Of a stretch of DNA of 64,000 nucleotides, positions 19,466-34,400 are shown one piece after another (position 1 is the stretch's first letter; every line of letters starts with the position of its first letter). The translations under genes were made by a program, and so were the position numbers. Source of the stretch: an uncultured Arcobacter sp. (lineage in GTDB: Bacteria; Campylobacterota; Campylobacteria; Campylobacterales; Arcobacteraceae); the NCBI GenBank assembly GCA_965140705.1, contig OZ223302.1, positions 646,560 through 710,559 of the forward strand, written 5' to 3'. Under the pieces are notes generated by a model. The model was not told the DNA's origin and searched no databases. It saw only the letters and a program-made list of their open reading frames with translations.

Positions 19466-20830
19466 TTATAATGAAGCTGGTTTTACTCCAGCTTCATTTA
19501 AAACTACCTCTTTATAGTGCTTTTTTGAAAACTTCACCAGAACCATTCCTGCAAATTTATTATCATCTTTATTATAAAATTCTACTCTATATATCTGTCC
19601 TTTTACATCCAATGAAAATCTTTGAATAATTTCATTTTTTTCAATTTCAAGTCCAGATTCATTTTTATGAGCTTTATTAACATATCCAATAACATTTACC
19701 CTATAATTATTTGGATAAACTAAAAAACTATTTGAAACATCAACCATTGAACCGATTTTTATCTCTTTTTCTTTGCCATCAATTTTGAATTTCACTTCTT
19801 CTTTTTTTCCACTTACATCTAAATAATCTGGTTCTAAAATAGATAATCTTCTATTTCCATAATGTATTGAATAAGTAGAATTACTATTTTTTATTACAGT
19901 CATAACTGGACTACTTGGTTTAAAATCTATCTTTCCATCTTTTTTTACTGGAAAATAACTTATATAATTTCTTACATCTGATAAAGGAATTTTTATTTTA
20001 TCATCATAAAATGAGATATAAATATCATTGTCTATTACATCTCTTAAAGCTAAAGGTTCTAAGTCAAATTTTCGTTTAAACTCTATTCCCATAATATGCA
20101 TATATTTTTCAAGAGCTAAAAGGTGATAATAAGTTCTTTCATGTACTGGTAACTCTTTGCTTGCTTCATTTCCAAAAGCTGCTTTACCATTGTTTATTGC
20201 ATAATAAGTTAATGTTTTTTCCATCTCCTTATCACCAAGTTTTGTTTTTGTATTGTGAGTATGATACGCATCCTCTTTTCTAATCAAATGTGCATTAACT
20301 TTTTCACAAATTTCTTTACTTATTTCAGCAAGATTTCCATATACAGGAACATTTATACTAGCTTGATCAATAATTGAACTTTGTCCCCATCTATAAGGTG
20401 AATGATAATTATCTATAAATTTCTTTCTAAAATATCCACTCCCATCATGTAAATTTACTATTAATTTTACTTCAGGTTTTTTTATTAACTCTTTTATTCT
20501 CTCCACATCAACGTAATCTGGATCATCTTTAGAAATATATGCAAATTTTCTATTCATATCCCCAAAAGGACCTCGTGATCTTTCAATAATAGATGTAAAA
20601 TTTAAATTAGGAACAATCCAAACAGAACCTTTTGTTATCTCATAATGTGTTGCTATTAAAGATGCAGCCATAAAACCTCCAGGCTCATCACCTTGGATAC
20701 CACCTACTATTAAAAGTGTATTATCATCTTGTACACCCTTTTTAATAAATTTAAAATTTAAATCACTACTATGCGCATATAAATTCTGTAAAAATAAAAA
20801 AACAAATAAAACTCTAAATAACTTTAACAT
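19466..20830 (-). CDS. M99-family peptidoglycan DL-carboxypeptidase (Pgp1/Csd4-like)
   Basis: Signal peptide, GGIQGDEPGG (Gln ligand typical of Csd4), DMNRKF, NLHDG, EASK. Confidence 0.85.
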   Translation of the reverse strand: MLKLFRVLFVFLFLQNLYAHSSDLNFKFIKKGVQDDNTLLIVGGIQGDEPGGFMAASLIATHYEITKGSVWIVPNLNFTSIIERSRGPFGDMNRKFAYISKDDPDYVDVERIKELIKKPEVKLIVNLHDGSGYFRKKFIDNYHSPYRWGQSSIIDQASINVPVYGNLAEISKEICEKVNAHLIRKEDAYHTHNTKTKLGDKEMEKTLTYYAINNGKAAFGNEASKELPVHERTYYHLLALEKYMHIMGIEFKRKFDLEPLALRDVIDNDIYISFYDDKIKIPLSDVRNYISYFPVKKDGKIDFKPSSPVMTVIKNSNSTYSIHYGNRRLSILEPDYLDVSGKKEEVKFKIDGKEKEIKIGSMVDVSNSFLVYPNNYRVNVIGYVNKAHKNESGLEIEKNEIIQRFSLDVKGQIYRVEFYNKDDNKFAGMVLVKFSKKHYKEVVLNEAGVKPASL

Positions 20831-21641
20831 GCCAAGGTTCATACCTTACTCCATCCTTATTTCCAATTGTGTATCTCATATCAATATATTTTAAACTTTT
20901 CATCTCAGTAAATTCATGTGTATGAGCAAATCTTTCTGTAAAGTTTGCTGCACCTAAGCCTTTTTTACCAACATCGAAATCTCCAACAGAGTGATATGTA
21001 AATGCTGGAGGTGCAATTGATTTTGATGCCATAGATAAATTAAGATTTACAGAATCTAATTTGTCCAAAAATAGTTTCATTTGTTTAACAACAGATCTTA
21101 CTCCTGATGTTAAATAAATAGTTGGACCAATATCTTTTTTCATTTTTAAATAAGCCTCTTTAGGTTTACCTTTAAATATATAATGTCCTGTATATGGTAC
21201 TTTTTCTATCTCTTTTTTATTTATTGATGCAGTTAAATCATTAGTTGTTCTATCACCATAAAAACCATGATATGTTGGTTCATAGTAAAATATATGCTCA
21301 ATAAAAGCTAACTCTTCTTTTGTAAATACTACATGATCTTTAGAATATTTCAAGATATTTATAGCTTCATCAAAAGATATAATATTAAAATTTCCATATC
21401 CTACATAGTGTTGAATATAATTAATCTTTTTTTGTACATTTCTAAAAGGTACATGGTATTTTTCTTCTAAAAAAACATCTTTTGATATATTGCTAATACT
21501 ATTAGCTATAGGTATCATATCTTTTGGAGAGAAATTTTTCTCTTCAAAAATATCAGTAGAACTTGCACTTCCAATTATTGGATACATTGTTGAACAAATT
21601 GCTAAATTTTTTGCCTTATCTAAAAATTCTCTTCTATTCAT
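20814..21641 (-). CDS. Tat-exported M15/VanY-type D,D-carboxypeptidase
   Basis: NRREFL Tat motif, SGVRS, APP..TYH...D, EPWH. Confidence 0.85.
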   Translation of the reverse strand: MNRREFLDKAKNLAICSTMYPIIGSASSTDIFEEKNFSPKDMIPIANSISNISKDVFLEEKYHVPFRNVQKKINYIQHYVGYGNFNIISFDEAINILKYSKDHVVFTKEELAFIEHIFYYEPTYHGFYGDRTTNDLTASINKKEIEKVPYTGHYIFKGKPKEAYLKMKKDIGPTIYLTSGVRSVVKQMKLFLDKLDSVNLNLSMASKSIAPPAFTYHSVGDFDVGKKGLGAANFTERFAHTHEFTEMKSLKYIDMRYTIGNKDGVRYEPWHVKVI

Positions 21642-21651
21642 TGTTTCTTCT

Positions 21652-21915
21652 TTATAAAACCATTTTTACATCATCATGATTACCTAAAAGTTCATAAATC
21701 ATCTTTCTATCATCTTCATTATGAACAATTAAGTCTAAAGTATAACTTTTAAATTTTCCCTTTGAACTTACTTTTGATTCAGTTAACTTATGTTCCCTCT
21801 CAATTATAACTTCTTTAACAACTTTTTTTATATTTACATCTTCAACAACAACAACTTTATAAACCCAAGAACATGGATAATCAAGTTCTAACTTATGTTT
21901 ATTTAAATCAATCAT
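21652..21915 (-). CDS. DUF493/HP0495-family protein
   Basis: [16 protein letters not shown]-terminal VKMVL. Confidence 0.85.
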   Translation of the reverse strand: MIDLNKHKLELDYPCSWVYKVVVVEDVNIKKVVKEVIIEREHKLTESKVSSKGKFKSYTLDLIVHNEDDRKMIYELLGNHDDVKMVL

Positions 21916-22382
21916 CGCTTAAAATCCCCACTTTTCCCACCAGATTTACTCTCTAATTGAATATTAGAAATAACCATTGATTTATCAATAGCTTTTACCA
22001 TATCATAAATAGTAAGTAAGCCAATACTAGTACCTGTTAAAGCTTCCATTTCAACACCAGTTTGTCCATTTAACTTAGCAGTAACTATCAATTTAAAACC
22101 AGGTAAGCTAGGTAACTCTTCAACATCACAGTTTATTCCACTTAATAATAAAGGATGGCACATAGGTATTAATTCACTTGTCTTTTTAACACCCATAATT
22201 GAAGCAATAACAGCAGTTTGAAGTACTGGACCCTTTTTTGTATTATTACTAATAATTGCATCATATGCTTCTTGTGACATAGATATTTGTCCAGAAGCTA
22301 TTGCTACTCTTGTACTATCTTTTTTATCAGATACATCTACCATTTTAGGTCTATTATTTTCGTCTAAGTGTGTTAAATCCAA
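21912..22382 (-). CDS. moaC: Cyclic pyranopterin monophosphate synthase
   Basis: [31 protein letters not shown]. Confidence 0.97.
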   Translation of the reverse strand: MDLTHLDENNRPKMVDVSDKKDSTRVAIASGQISMSQEAYDAIISNNTKKGPVLQTAVIASIMGVKKTSELIPMCHPLLLSGINCDVEELPSLPGFKLIVTAKLNGQTGVEMEALTGTSIGLLTIYDMVKAIDKSMVISNIQLESKSGGKSGDFKR

Positions 22383-22497
22383 GGTTCTTCCTCATATTCT
22401 TTAAATAAGTCATTATATCAAAATATGGTTAAATTGAAATTAAGTATTATTTAAATATAATGCAACCCTAAATTTTAAAAGAAAGAGGGTGATTATA

Positions 22498-22710
22498 GTG
22501 CCAGGTATTAAAGTTAAAGATAGCGAATCATTCGACGAAGCTTATAGAAGATTTAAAAAGCAATGTGACAGAAACCTAATCGTTACTGAAACAAGAGCAA
22601 GAAGATTTTTTGAACCTATGACTGAAAAGAGAAAGAAACAAAAAATTAACGCTAAGAAAAAAATGCTTAAAAGATTGTATATGCTTAGAAGATACGAATC
22701 TAGACTGTAA
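22498..22710 (+). CDS. rpsU: 30S ribosomal protein S21
   Basis: MPGIKV...[11 protein letters not shown]...FFEP; GTG start at 22498. Confidence 0.95.
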   Translation: MPGIKVKDSESFDEAYRRFKKQCDRNLIVTETRARRFFEPMTEKRKKQKINAKKKMLKRLYMLRRYESRL

Positions 22711-22726
22711 TAGAACACTATTACCT

Positions 22727-22758
22727 AAAAGGGTCTCTATTTTAGAGACCCTTTTTTT
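22727..22758 (+). terminator. Rho-independent terminator after rpsU
   Basis: aaaagggtctcta-tt-tagagaccc followed by a T-tract. Confidence 0.85.
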
Positions 22759-22937
22759 ATGCCCAAAATACTGACATTTAAAGCTAAATTATCAGAAAAA
22801 AATTATTATACCACCAAATTGACACTAAATCCATGTATAAGAAATTAAATACTTGGTGAATTCCATATTTTGATTTACTATTCAAATAATAAGATTTCAC
22901 AAATTAGAACTTGTATATTAATAAAAGGAGTAACTTG

Positions 22938-24404
22938 ATGCAAAAGAATGCACGAGTTGAGTACGATTACTCAGTTGCAAAAGCCTTTACCTTTACCGCA
23001 ATTTTATTTGGTATTTTAGGTATGATAGTTGGTGTTACCTTAGCCTTTCAATTGGCTTTTCCCCATTTAAGCAATTTAGCTGGAGAATATGGTACTTTTA
23101 GTAGATTAAGACCTATTCATACAAATACTGTTATATTTGGTTTTACTTTAAGTGGTATTTTTGCTGGATGGTATTATATGGCTCAAAGAATTTTAAAAGT
23201 TTCTTTGAAAGAATCACCATTTTTAATAATTATTGGTAAATTACATTTTTTACTTTATTTCATCACAATTCTTTTAGCTGTTGTTACACTTTTAGCTGGG
23301 TATACAACATCAAAAGAGTATGCTGAATTAGAGTGGCCACTAGATATTCTTATAGTGATTTGGTGGGTGTTATGGGGTATCAGTATTTTTGGATTAATTG
23401 GTATTAGAAGAGAAAGAACACTATATGTTTCAATCTGGTATTTCATAGCTACTTTTATAGGTGTTTCAATGTTATATTTATTTAATAACATGGAAGTACC
23501 AACAGCATTAGTTTCTGGATATGGTTCATGGATGCACTCAGTATCAATGTATTCAGGTACAAATGATGCTTTAGTACAATGGTGGTATGGGCATAATGCG
23601 GTTGCTTTTGTATTTACAGTTCCAATTATTGCTCTAATTTACTACTTTTTACCAAAAGAGTCAGGACAAAATGTTTATTCATATAAGTTATCTATCTTAG
23701 CTTTCTGGGGATTAATGTTTGTTTATTTATGGGCTGGTGGTCATCACCTTATTTATTCAACTGTTCCTGATTGGCTGCAAACTATGGGTTCTGTTATGTC
23801 TATTGTTTTAATTTTACCATCATGGGGATCAGCTATTAATATGCTTTTAACAATGAAGGGTGAATGGCAACAATTACAAACAAATACCTTAATTAAATTT
23901 ATGATTTTAGCATCAACATTTTATATGCTATCAACAATTGAAGGTCCAATCATGGCAATTAAATCAGTTAATGCGGTTGCTCACTTTACAGATTGGGTTC
24001 CAGGACATGTACATGATGGTACATTAGGTTGGGTTACATTTATGATTATGGCTGCCTTATATCATATGGCTCCAAGAATGTACGGTAGAGAGCTTTATTC
24101 TAAATCGTTAATGGATACACAATTTTGGTTACAAACTACAGGTATCGTATTGTACTTTACATCTATGTGGATAGCAGGTATTACACAAGGTATGATGTGG
24201 AGAGCATATGATGAATATGGTTCATTAGTTTACTCTTTCATAGATACAGTTACAGTATTAAAACCATACTATACAATTAGAGCTGTTGGTGGATTATTGT
24301 ACTTAATTGGTTTCTTTATGTTTGCATATAATATGTATAAAACGGCAACTGCAGGTAGAGTTCTTGATAAAGAACCAATCAATGCAACGCCAGTAGCCGC
24401 ATAA
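22938..24404 (+). CDS. ccoN: cbb3-type cytochrome c oxidase subunit I
   Basis: RLRPIHTN, KEYAE, WWYGHNAV, WAGGHH, GHVH; RBS aaggag before the ATG at 22938. Confidence 0.97.
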   Translation: MQKNARVEYDYSVAKAFTFTAILFGILGMIVGVTLAFQLAFPHLSNLAGEYGTFSRLRPIHTNTVIFGFTLSGIFAGWYYMAQRILKVSLKESPFLIIIGKLHFLLYFITILLAVVTLLAGYTTSKEYAELEWPLDILIVIWWVLWGISIFGLIGIRRERTLYVSIWYFIATFIGVSMLYLFNNMEVPTALVSGYGSWMHSVSMYSGTNDALVQWWYGHNAVAFVFTVPIIALIYYFLPKESGQNVYSYKLSILAFWGLMFVYLWAGGHHLIYSTVPDWLQTMGSVMSIVLILPSWGSAINMLLTMKGEWQQLQTNTLIKFMILASTFYMLSTIEGPIMAIKSVNAVAHFTDWVPGHVHDGTLGWVTFMIMAALYHMAPRMYGRELYSKSLMDTQFWLQTTGIVLYFTSMWIAGITQGMMWRAYDEYGSLVYSFIDTVTVLKPYYTIRAVGGLLYLIGFFMFAYNMYKTATAGRVLDKEPINATPVAA

Positions 24405-24419
24405 GAAGGAGGAATTATT

Positions 24420-25103
24420 ATGTTTCATTGGTTCGAACAAAGACCGTTTTTCTTTGCGGTATTAGTATTTATATTTATATCTTTTGCAGGTATCATAGAA
24501 GTTATACCAGATTTTGCAAAACAAAGTAGACCAACAGTTGGTACAAAACCATATACTGTTTTAGAGTTAGCAGGTAGAAATGTTTATATAAAAGATTCAT
24601 GTAATGCTTGTCACTCACAATTAATTAGACCATTTAAATCAGAGACTGATAGATATGGTATGTATTCGCTGTCAGGTGAGTATGTTTATGATAGACCATT
24701 TTTATGGGGATCAAAAAGAACAGGTCCAGATTTACATAGAGTTGGGAATTATAGAACAACAGATTGGCATGAGAATCATATGATGGATCCAGCATCAGTA
24801 GTACCAGGTTCAATTATGCCATCGTATGCACATCAGTTTACAAACTTGGCAGATATTGATACTGCATATGGAGAAGCAGTTACAGTAAAAAAAGTATTTA
24901 ATACTCCATATGATGTAGATTTAAATGGAGATGGGAAAATTGATGTTCCATTAGGGACTTATGAAGAGGCAAAAGCTGAGACTTTAAAAGAGGCGAAAGC
25001 AATTGCTGCTGATATGAAAAATCAAGCTGTAAAAGATGCCGTTGCTAACGGTAAGATTCCTGAGATTGTAGCGCTTATTGCGTATTTGAATTCTTTAAAA
25101 TAA
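24420..25103 (+). CDS. ccoO: cbb3-type cytochrome c oxidase subunit II
   Basis: CNACHSQ, WGSKRTGPDL, SIMP. Confidence 0.97.
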   Translation: MFHWFEQRPFFFAVLVFIFISFAGIIEVIPDFAKQSRPTVGTKPYTVLELAGRNVYIKDSCNACHSQLIRPFKSETDRYGMYSLSGEYVYDRPFLWGSKRTGPDLHRVGNYRTTDWHENHMMDPASVVPGSIMPSYAHQFTNLADIDTAYGEAVTVKKVFNTPYDVDLNGDGKIDVPLGTYEEAKAETLKEAKAIAADMKNQAVKDAVANGKIPEIVALIAYLNSLK

Positions 25104-25112
25104 GAGGTTATT

Positions 25113-25337
25113 ATGAGTTATCAAGAAATAGTTGACTTACAAGGTTATACAAAAATAATATTAATGTTTATTGCGGTTGTAGTATTTTACTTTTGTGCTT
25201 ATTCAATCTATAAAAGAGATAGAAAAGGAGAAAGAAACTACGAGGAATATTCAAACTTGGTACACGATGATTCACTAAACTCAAAACCCCTTGAAGAGAG
25301 GCATAAAAAAAGTGATAAAAACGAGAAAAATATTTAA
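25113..25337 (+). CDS. ccoQ: cbb3-type oxidase small subunit
   Basis: Single TM helix, YKRDRKGERNYEEYSNL..DD, position after ccoO. Confidence 0.85.
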   Translation: MSYQEIVDLQGYTKIILMFIAVVVFYFCAYSIYKRDRKGERNYEEYSNLVHDDSLNSKPLEERHKKSDKNEKNI

Positions 25338-25352
25338 AATATAACTCTAAAT

Positions 25353-25388
25353 AAAAAAGGGAAAAGTTAATTCTTTTCCCTTTTTTTA
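25353..25388 (+). terminator. Bidirectional Rho-independent terminator ending ccoNOQ
   Basis: aaaaaagggaaaag-ttaatt-cttttccctttttt. Confidence 0.8.
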
Positions 25389-25465
25389 TATCTATAATAT
25401 TTGTTAAACATTAGTAGTTAAAAGTTCTATTTAAAAGTTAAAGAAATCAATAAGTAAATAAGAAG

Positions 25466-25541
25466 TGGTGCTCACAGTGGGAATCGAACCTACAACCTCT
25501 CCCTTACCATGGGATTGCTCTACCGTTGGAGCTATGCGAGC
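25466..25541 (-). tRNA. tRNA-Thr(GGT), with several non-canonical positions
   Basis: Reverse complement GCTCGCATAGCTCCAACGGTAGAGC...ATGGTAA...TTCGATT...TGTGAGCACCA; 76 nt with encoded CCA. Confidence 0.85.
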
Positions 25542-25715
25542 TAAATATAGAGAATAACTAATAATGAATAGAGAATAATGACTATTGGCACATAAAAGTA
25601 GAAAATAAATTCTAGCACGAATAATATTATAATATTCAGTAAAAAAAGGGCAAAAAAAAAGCTTAGCACAGGATAGATAAAAATCTATAAAGAGCTAAGC
25701 TTTAAAAACTCAAGA

Positions 25716-25831
25716 GTTGGCGACGACTTACGTTTCCACAAGGGGACCCTGCAGTATTATCAGCGATGAAGTGCTTGACTTCCAGGTTCGGAATGGAGCT
25801 GGGTATTTCCACTTCTCTATAATCACCAACA
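25716..25831 (-). rRNA. rrf: 5S rRNA (ends approximate)
   Basis: Contains the CCGAAC conserved loop; lies downstream of 23S. Confidence 0.92.
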
Positions 25832-25967
25832 AAGTTGAGTATTAAAAACAATGAATGTTCTTAATACTCAACTCTATCATCTTGAGATAGAATATTAATG
25901 TTAAAGTCTTTACACACATACAAATTAAGTATGTACTTAATAAGATAGTAAACCAAGAAATATATAA

Positions 25968-28874
<2,907 letters not shown>

Positions 28875-29151
28875 TAATTTGTATAACTAAATCTCTTTAG
28901 TTACCTTTTTGATAATTATTCCTTGGCTACTATCTTATTAAATACAATATTTAATAAAACAGTAATTGTGTGTTTAAATTGTTTTCTATTTTAATTAAAA
29001 TAACTTTCATTATTCCAATTCGAAAAAATTTTAAAGACTTTAACATTAAATTTTTAAATAACATTTTGATTCGAAAACCAAATATAAATCTTATATTTAA
29101 GACTTATATTTAGTTTTTTATCTCTGTTCTACTTGGTTTAGGTGCTAATGT

Positions 29152-29227
29152 TGGTGGAGAATAGCGGGATCGAACCGCTGACCTCCTGCGTGCAAGGCAG
29201 GCGCTCTCCCAGCTGAGCTAATTCCCC
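29152..29227 (-). tRNA. tRNA-Ala(TGC)
   Basis: GGGGAATTAGCTCAGCTGGGAGAGCGCCTGCCTTGCACGCAGG...CCACCA in the ITS. Confidence 0.97.
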
Positions 29228-29249
29228 AACAAAGATTATCTTCTTCTCA

Positions 29250-29326
29250 TGGTGGGCCTACCAGGACTTGAACCTGGGACCTCACGATTATCAGTCGAGC
29301 GCTCTAGCCAGCTGAGCTATAGGCCC
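29250..29326 (-). tRNA. tRNA-Ile(GAT)
   Basis: GGGCCTATAGCTCAGCTGG...CTGATAA...CCCACCA in the ITS. Confidence 0.97.
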
Positions 29327-29433
29327 ATTCTTCACCTATTATTTCAATAACCTTTACAAACCGAATATGATATTGGATATTTACCCATTGTTTATTTCTT
29401 GAGAAGATAAACGAATATCTTCTCATTACTCTG

Positions 29434-30948
<1,515 letters not shown>

Positions 30949-31125
30949 AAATGTTTAGTTTAATCATGACTAGTGTCTAACTCTTTTATTCAACTTCCGA
31001 AAAAGTTAATTGCAATTGTTTACTGACATTACTCATTGTTTTTTTAATAGACGAGAATTGTATAAATTCTCTTGTTTTATATCATATTCGGTTTATAAAA
31101 GTTACTTACTTCTTTAAACCGTAGT

Positions 31126-31138
31126 TTGTTAAAGAACA
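31126..31138 (-). promoter_or_regulatory. rrn leader boxA antitermination element
   Basis: TGTTCTTTAACAA on the minus strand just downstream of the promoter. Confidence 0.75.
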
Positions 31139-31177
31139 TCAACTCTTCGCGACGTTTGTCACTCAAATTGGACGGGA

Positions 31178-31206
31178 ATTATAATAGGTTTTTTTGCCTT
31201 TGTCAA
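31178..31206 (-). promoter_or_regulatory. Sigma70 rrn promoter
   Basis: Perfect TTGACA-N17-TATAAT on the minus strand, followed by a GC-rich discriminator. Confidence 0.9.
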
Positions 31207-31412
31207 GAGCTACATATTAATTGTAGCTTAAATTTTGAAATTTTTAGAGTTTGTGTTTTTCTCTAGTAATTATATACATATTTTAGATAATATAGGTGTG
31301 TTAATCAATTATGTTTATAAAGTATAGTTAATTATGATATTTAAAGATATTATTAAGCTTTACATATTAAAATATCAACTGTATAGATAAAAATACAAAA
31401 AAGGAAGACATA

Positions 31413-32108
31413 ATGTACAATAGAGATTATTTATCTCATAAAGATACAACGCAACAATATACACATGAATCATCTAAAGTTGAATTAATGAGCTTTTTAA
31501 AAGCTACTTATCAATTATTTGCGGGTTCATTACTTGCTGCAACTGCCGGAGCTTATATCGGATTAGGTATGGTTTCAACAATTGCTAGTTGGTATTGGGG
31601 ATTAGTTATTTTAGAATTTATCTTATTATTTGGACTATTTGCAGTTAAAAATAAACCAGGAATTAACCTAGCGGTTCTATTTGGGTTTACTTTTGTAAGT
31701 GGTTTAACAATTACTCCTTTACTAGCTTCAGTATTTGCAATGCCAGCAGGTGCATCAATAGTAGCACAAGCATTTTTAATGACTTCAGTAGCTTTTGGTG
31801 GAATTTCAATGTTCGCCCTTACAACTAAAAGAGATTTTTCTGGTATGGGTAAAATGTTGTTTATTGCTCTTATTATATTAGTAGTAGGTTCTATTTCTAA
31901 TATTTTCATTCAAGCACCATTATTACAACTTGGAATAGCTATGGTGGGAGCAGTGTTATTTTCTGCGTTTATACTTTATGATACACAACAAATTATAAAA
32001 GGTGGATTTTCAACTCCAATTGAAGCAGCAATTGCTTTATACTTAGATTTCTTTAATCTATTTATTTCATTATTACAAATACTTGGTATTTTTAATAGTG
32101 ATGACTAA
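31413..32108 (+). CDS. Bax inhibitor-1/YccA family membrane protein
   Basis: 7 TM helices, FILYDTQQII, AAIALYLDFFNLF. Confidence 0.92.
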   Translation: MYNRDYLSHKDTTQQYTHESSKVELMSFLKATYQLFAGSLLAATAGAYIGLGMVSTIASWYWGLVILEFILLFGLFAVKNKPGINLAVLFGFTFVSGLTITPLLASVFAMPAGASIVAQAFLMTSVAFGGISMFALTTKRDFSGMGKMLFIALIILVVGSISNIFIQAPLLQLGIAMVGAVLFSAFILYDTQQIIKGGFSTPIEAAIALYLDFFNLFISLLQILGIFNSDD

Positions 32109-32147
32109 TTCATAACTCCTTTTGGAGTTATGATTACTTCTTATAAT

Positions 32148-32552
32148 ATGAATACTACAGAACTTAGACTTATTGATGCAAATTTAAATCGCCTAAGAGA
32201 GGGAATTAGAGTTGTAGAAGACATATTTAGATATGTTTACAATGATAGAAATATTGCTTCAAAACTAAAAGAGCTAAGACACCAATCAAGAATAGCTATA
32301 TATGATGAACTTTTAGATTCAAGAGACATAAAAAATGATGTTTTAAAAGAAACTACAACATCAGAAAAAAGTAGAGAGGACTTAAACTCTATATTAATAG
32401 CTAATTTTAAAAGAGCTCAAGAGAGTTCTAGGGTACTAGAAGAAGTTTGTAAACTAGAAGAAAATAATAGTAGTGAAGTTTTTAAATATATAAGATATGA
32501 ACTTTATGATTTAGAAAAAGCTTTGACAAATATAACTTCAAACTCTAAATAA
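32148..32552 (+). CDS. Stand-alone ThiD2-like domain (thiamine biosynthesis)
   Basis: RLIDANLNRLREGIRVVEDI, ANFKRAQES.RVLEE. Confidence 0.8.
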   Translation: MNTTELRLIDANLNRLREGIRVVEDIFRYVYNDRNIASKLKELRHQSRIAIYDELLDSRDIKNDVLKETTTSEKSREDLNSILIANFKRAQESSRVLEEVCKLEENNSSEVFKYIRYELYDLEKALTNITSNSK

Positions 32553-33196
32553 TTTAAATTATACTCTTTATATAACTTTTTAGCATCTTTAAATTCAAGA
32601 GTATTTCCACCACTTACACCTGATTTCTTAATATAATCAAATAATTTTTTCTTATTATCAAATTCTAAATTATAAGTTATAGTTTCAAATTCACAATCAC
32701 AATATTTCATAAAAGCTTTTTTTATTGATTGTTCATCTAATATTGGTGATTTTTTATCTGTTATTGTTTGTATTGTTTTAAAAGTATTTGAAGTAAATAA
32801 AGCAGCATAAATCTTAGGAGAAATAGAACTAATAGCTTTAACTATCTTGCTTAAATCTTTTGACCACTGTAGGGCAGAAGAAGATATAACAACATCATAT
32901 TTATCATTTTTAATATTTTCAAAAAAAGCATCACTATCAAAATCAAAACATTCTACTTGTATGTTATTTGCTTTAGGATGAATATCACACATATTTTGTG
33001 AAAAATCCATAGCTTTGTAAAAATCATACTCCCAAGAGACATTTTTAATAACTTGTCCAGAGCCACAACCTAACTCTAATATTCTTTTAGGTTGAAAATT
33101 TATATCTCTAATAATAGATTTTGCTGCAATTTGTTGTACAATATTGTATGAGTTATATTGATTTGCGTATTTTGAAAATTCGTTTTTTACGGACAT
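32504..33196 (-). CDS. SAM-dependent methyltransferase, BioC-like
   Basis: FSKYA..Y...Q, LELGCGSG, SSSALQW, KKSGVSGG. Confidence 0.75.
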   Translation of the reverse strand: MSVKNEFSKYANQYNSYNIVQQIAAKSIIRDINFQPKRILELGCGSGQVIKNVSWEYDFYKAMDFSQNMCDIHPKANNIQVECFDFDSDAFFENIKNDKYDVVISSSALQWSKDLSKIVKAISSISPKIYAALFTSNTFKTIQTITDKKSPILDEQSIKKAFMKYCDCEFETITYNLEFDNKKKLFDYIKKSGVSGGNTLEFKDAKKLYKEYNLNYLEFEVIFVKAFSKS

Positions 33197-33266
33197 AATC
33201 GAATCTTAACTTTTTTTTAATAAATTTTGGATAAAATACCTACCATTTTTTCAAAGGAATAAAATT

Positions 33267-33653
33267 ATGACATCAACACTTTTAGTAGTTCAATTTATTT
33301 TAGCAGTACTATTAACAATTTCTATCTTACTTCAAAAAAGTTCAAGTATGGGATTAGGTGCTTACAGTGGAAGTAACGAATCTTTATTTGGAGCAAAAGG
33401 TCCTGGGAACTTTTTAACAAAAGCAACTATGGTATTAGGGTTAATTTTTGTTTTAAATACTCTAGTTTTAGGATATTTTTATAATGAAAATAGACAAAAA
33501 AGTGCAGTAGACAATGTACAAACAGAAAGTTTAATTCCAAAAACTCCTGAAAAAGCTCAAGCACCAGCTGCTCCTGCAGCGCCAGCAGTACCAGTAGAAA
33601 AAGCTGCACCTACTGTTCCAGCTGTACCATCAGTTCCAACTACTGAAAAATAG
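33267..33653 (+). CDS. secG: Preprotein translocase SecG with Pro/Ala-rich tail
   Basis: ILLQKSSSMGLGAYSGS..SLFG, FLTKAT. Confidence 0.95.
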   Translation: MTSTLLVVQFILAVLLTISILLQKSSSMGLGAYSGSNESLFGAKGPGNFLTKATMVLGLIFVLNTLVLGYFYNENRQKSAVDNVQTESLIPKTPEKAQAPAAPAAPAVPVEKAAPTVPAVPSVPTTEK

Positions 33654-33663
33654 TTGATCCAAA

Positions 33664-33703
33664 AGAAGTAGTTCAAATGAAATTTTTTTCAAAGAACTAC
33701 TTC
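33664..33703 (+). terminator. Hairpin after secG
   Basis: gaagtagttc...gaactacttc. Confidence 0.45.
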
Positions 33704-33840
33704 ACATTTTAATAAAAAAGAAAATATGTTTTCTTTTAGCTTTCAAAGAGAATATATTAACAAAAATTTATTTCAGTTTAGTATGCCAATTAATAAATGG
33801 TATAATATGCAAAATTTAATAATAAATCAAAGGAGAGAGA

Positions 33841-34398
33841 ATGTTAAATGAGATTTATTCAGAAGCAAAAGAGAAAATGGATAATGCAATAGAAGCATTA
33901 AAAAGAGACTACAAAACACTAAGAACAGGTAAAGTAAGTACTACAATTTTAGATGGTATTAAAATTGATTATTATGGAACACCTACAGAATTAACTCAAG
34001 TTGGTTCAGTACTTGCACCTGATGCTACAACAATTGTAATAAACCCTTGGGAAAAACATCTTGTAGGTGATATTGAAAAAGCAATTCAAAATGCTAATAT
34101 TGGTGTTAATCCAAATAATGATGGTGAAGTGGTTAAACTATTTTTCCCTCCTATGACTGTTGATCAAAGAAAAGAGAGTGCAAAACAAGCAAAAGGTATG
34201 ACTGATGATGCAAAAGTTGCTATCAGAAATATCAGAAAACATGCAAATGATAGAGTAAAAGTTCTTCATAAAGATAAAGAAATAACTGATGATGAGAACA
34301 AAAAAGCTCAAGATGAAATACAAAAAATTACAGATTCTTATGTAACAAAAGCTGATGATACTTTCAAAGCAAAAGAAGCTGAAATTTTAAAAGTATAA
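33841..34398 (+). CDS. frr: Ribosome recycling factor
   Basis: LRTGK, DYYGTPT, NPNNDG, AIRNIR. Confidence 0.97.
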   Translation: MLNEIYSEAKEKMDNAIEALKRDYKTLRTGKVSTTILDGIKIDYYGTPTELTQVGSVLAPDATTIVINPWEKHLVGDIEKAIQNANIGVNPNNDGEVVKLFFPPMTVDQRKESAKQAKGMTDDAKVAIRNIRKHANDRVKVLHKDKEITDDENKKAQDEIQKITDSYVTKADDTFKAKEAEILKV

Positions 34399-34400
34399 TT

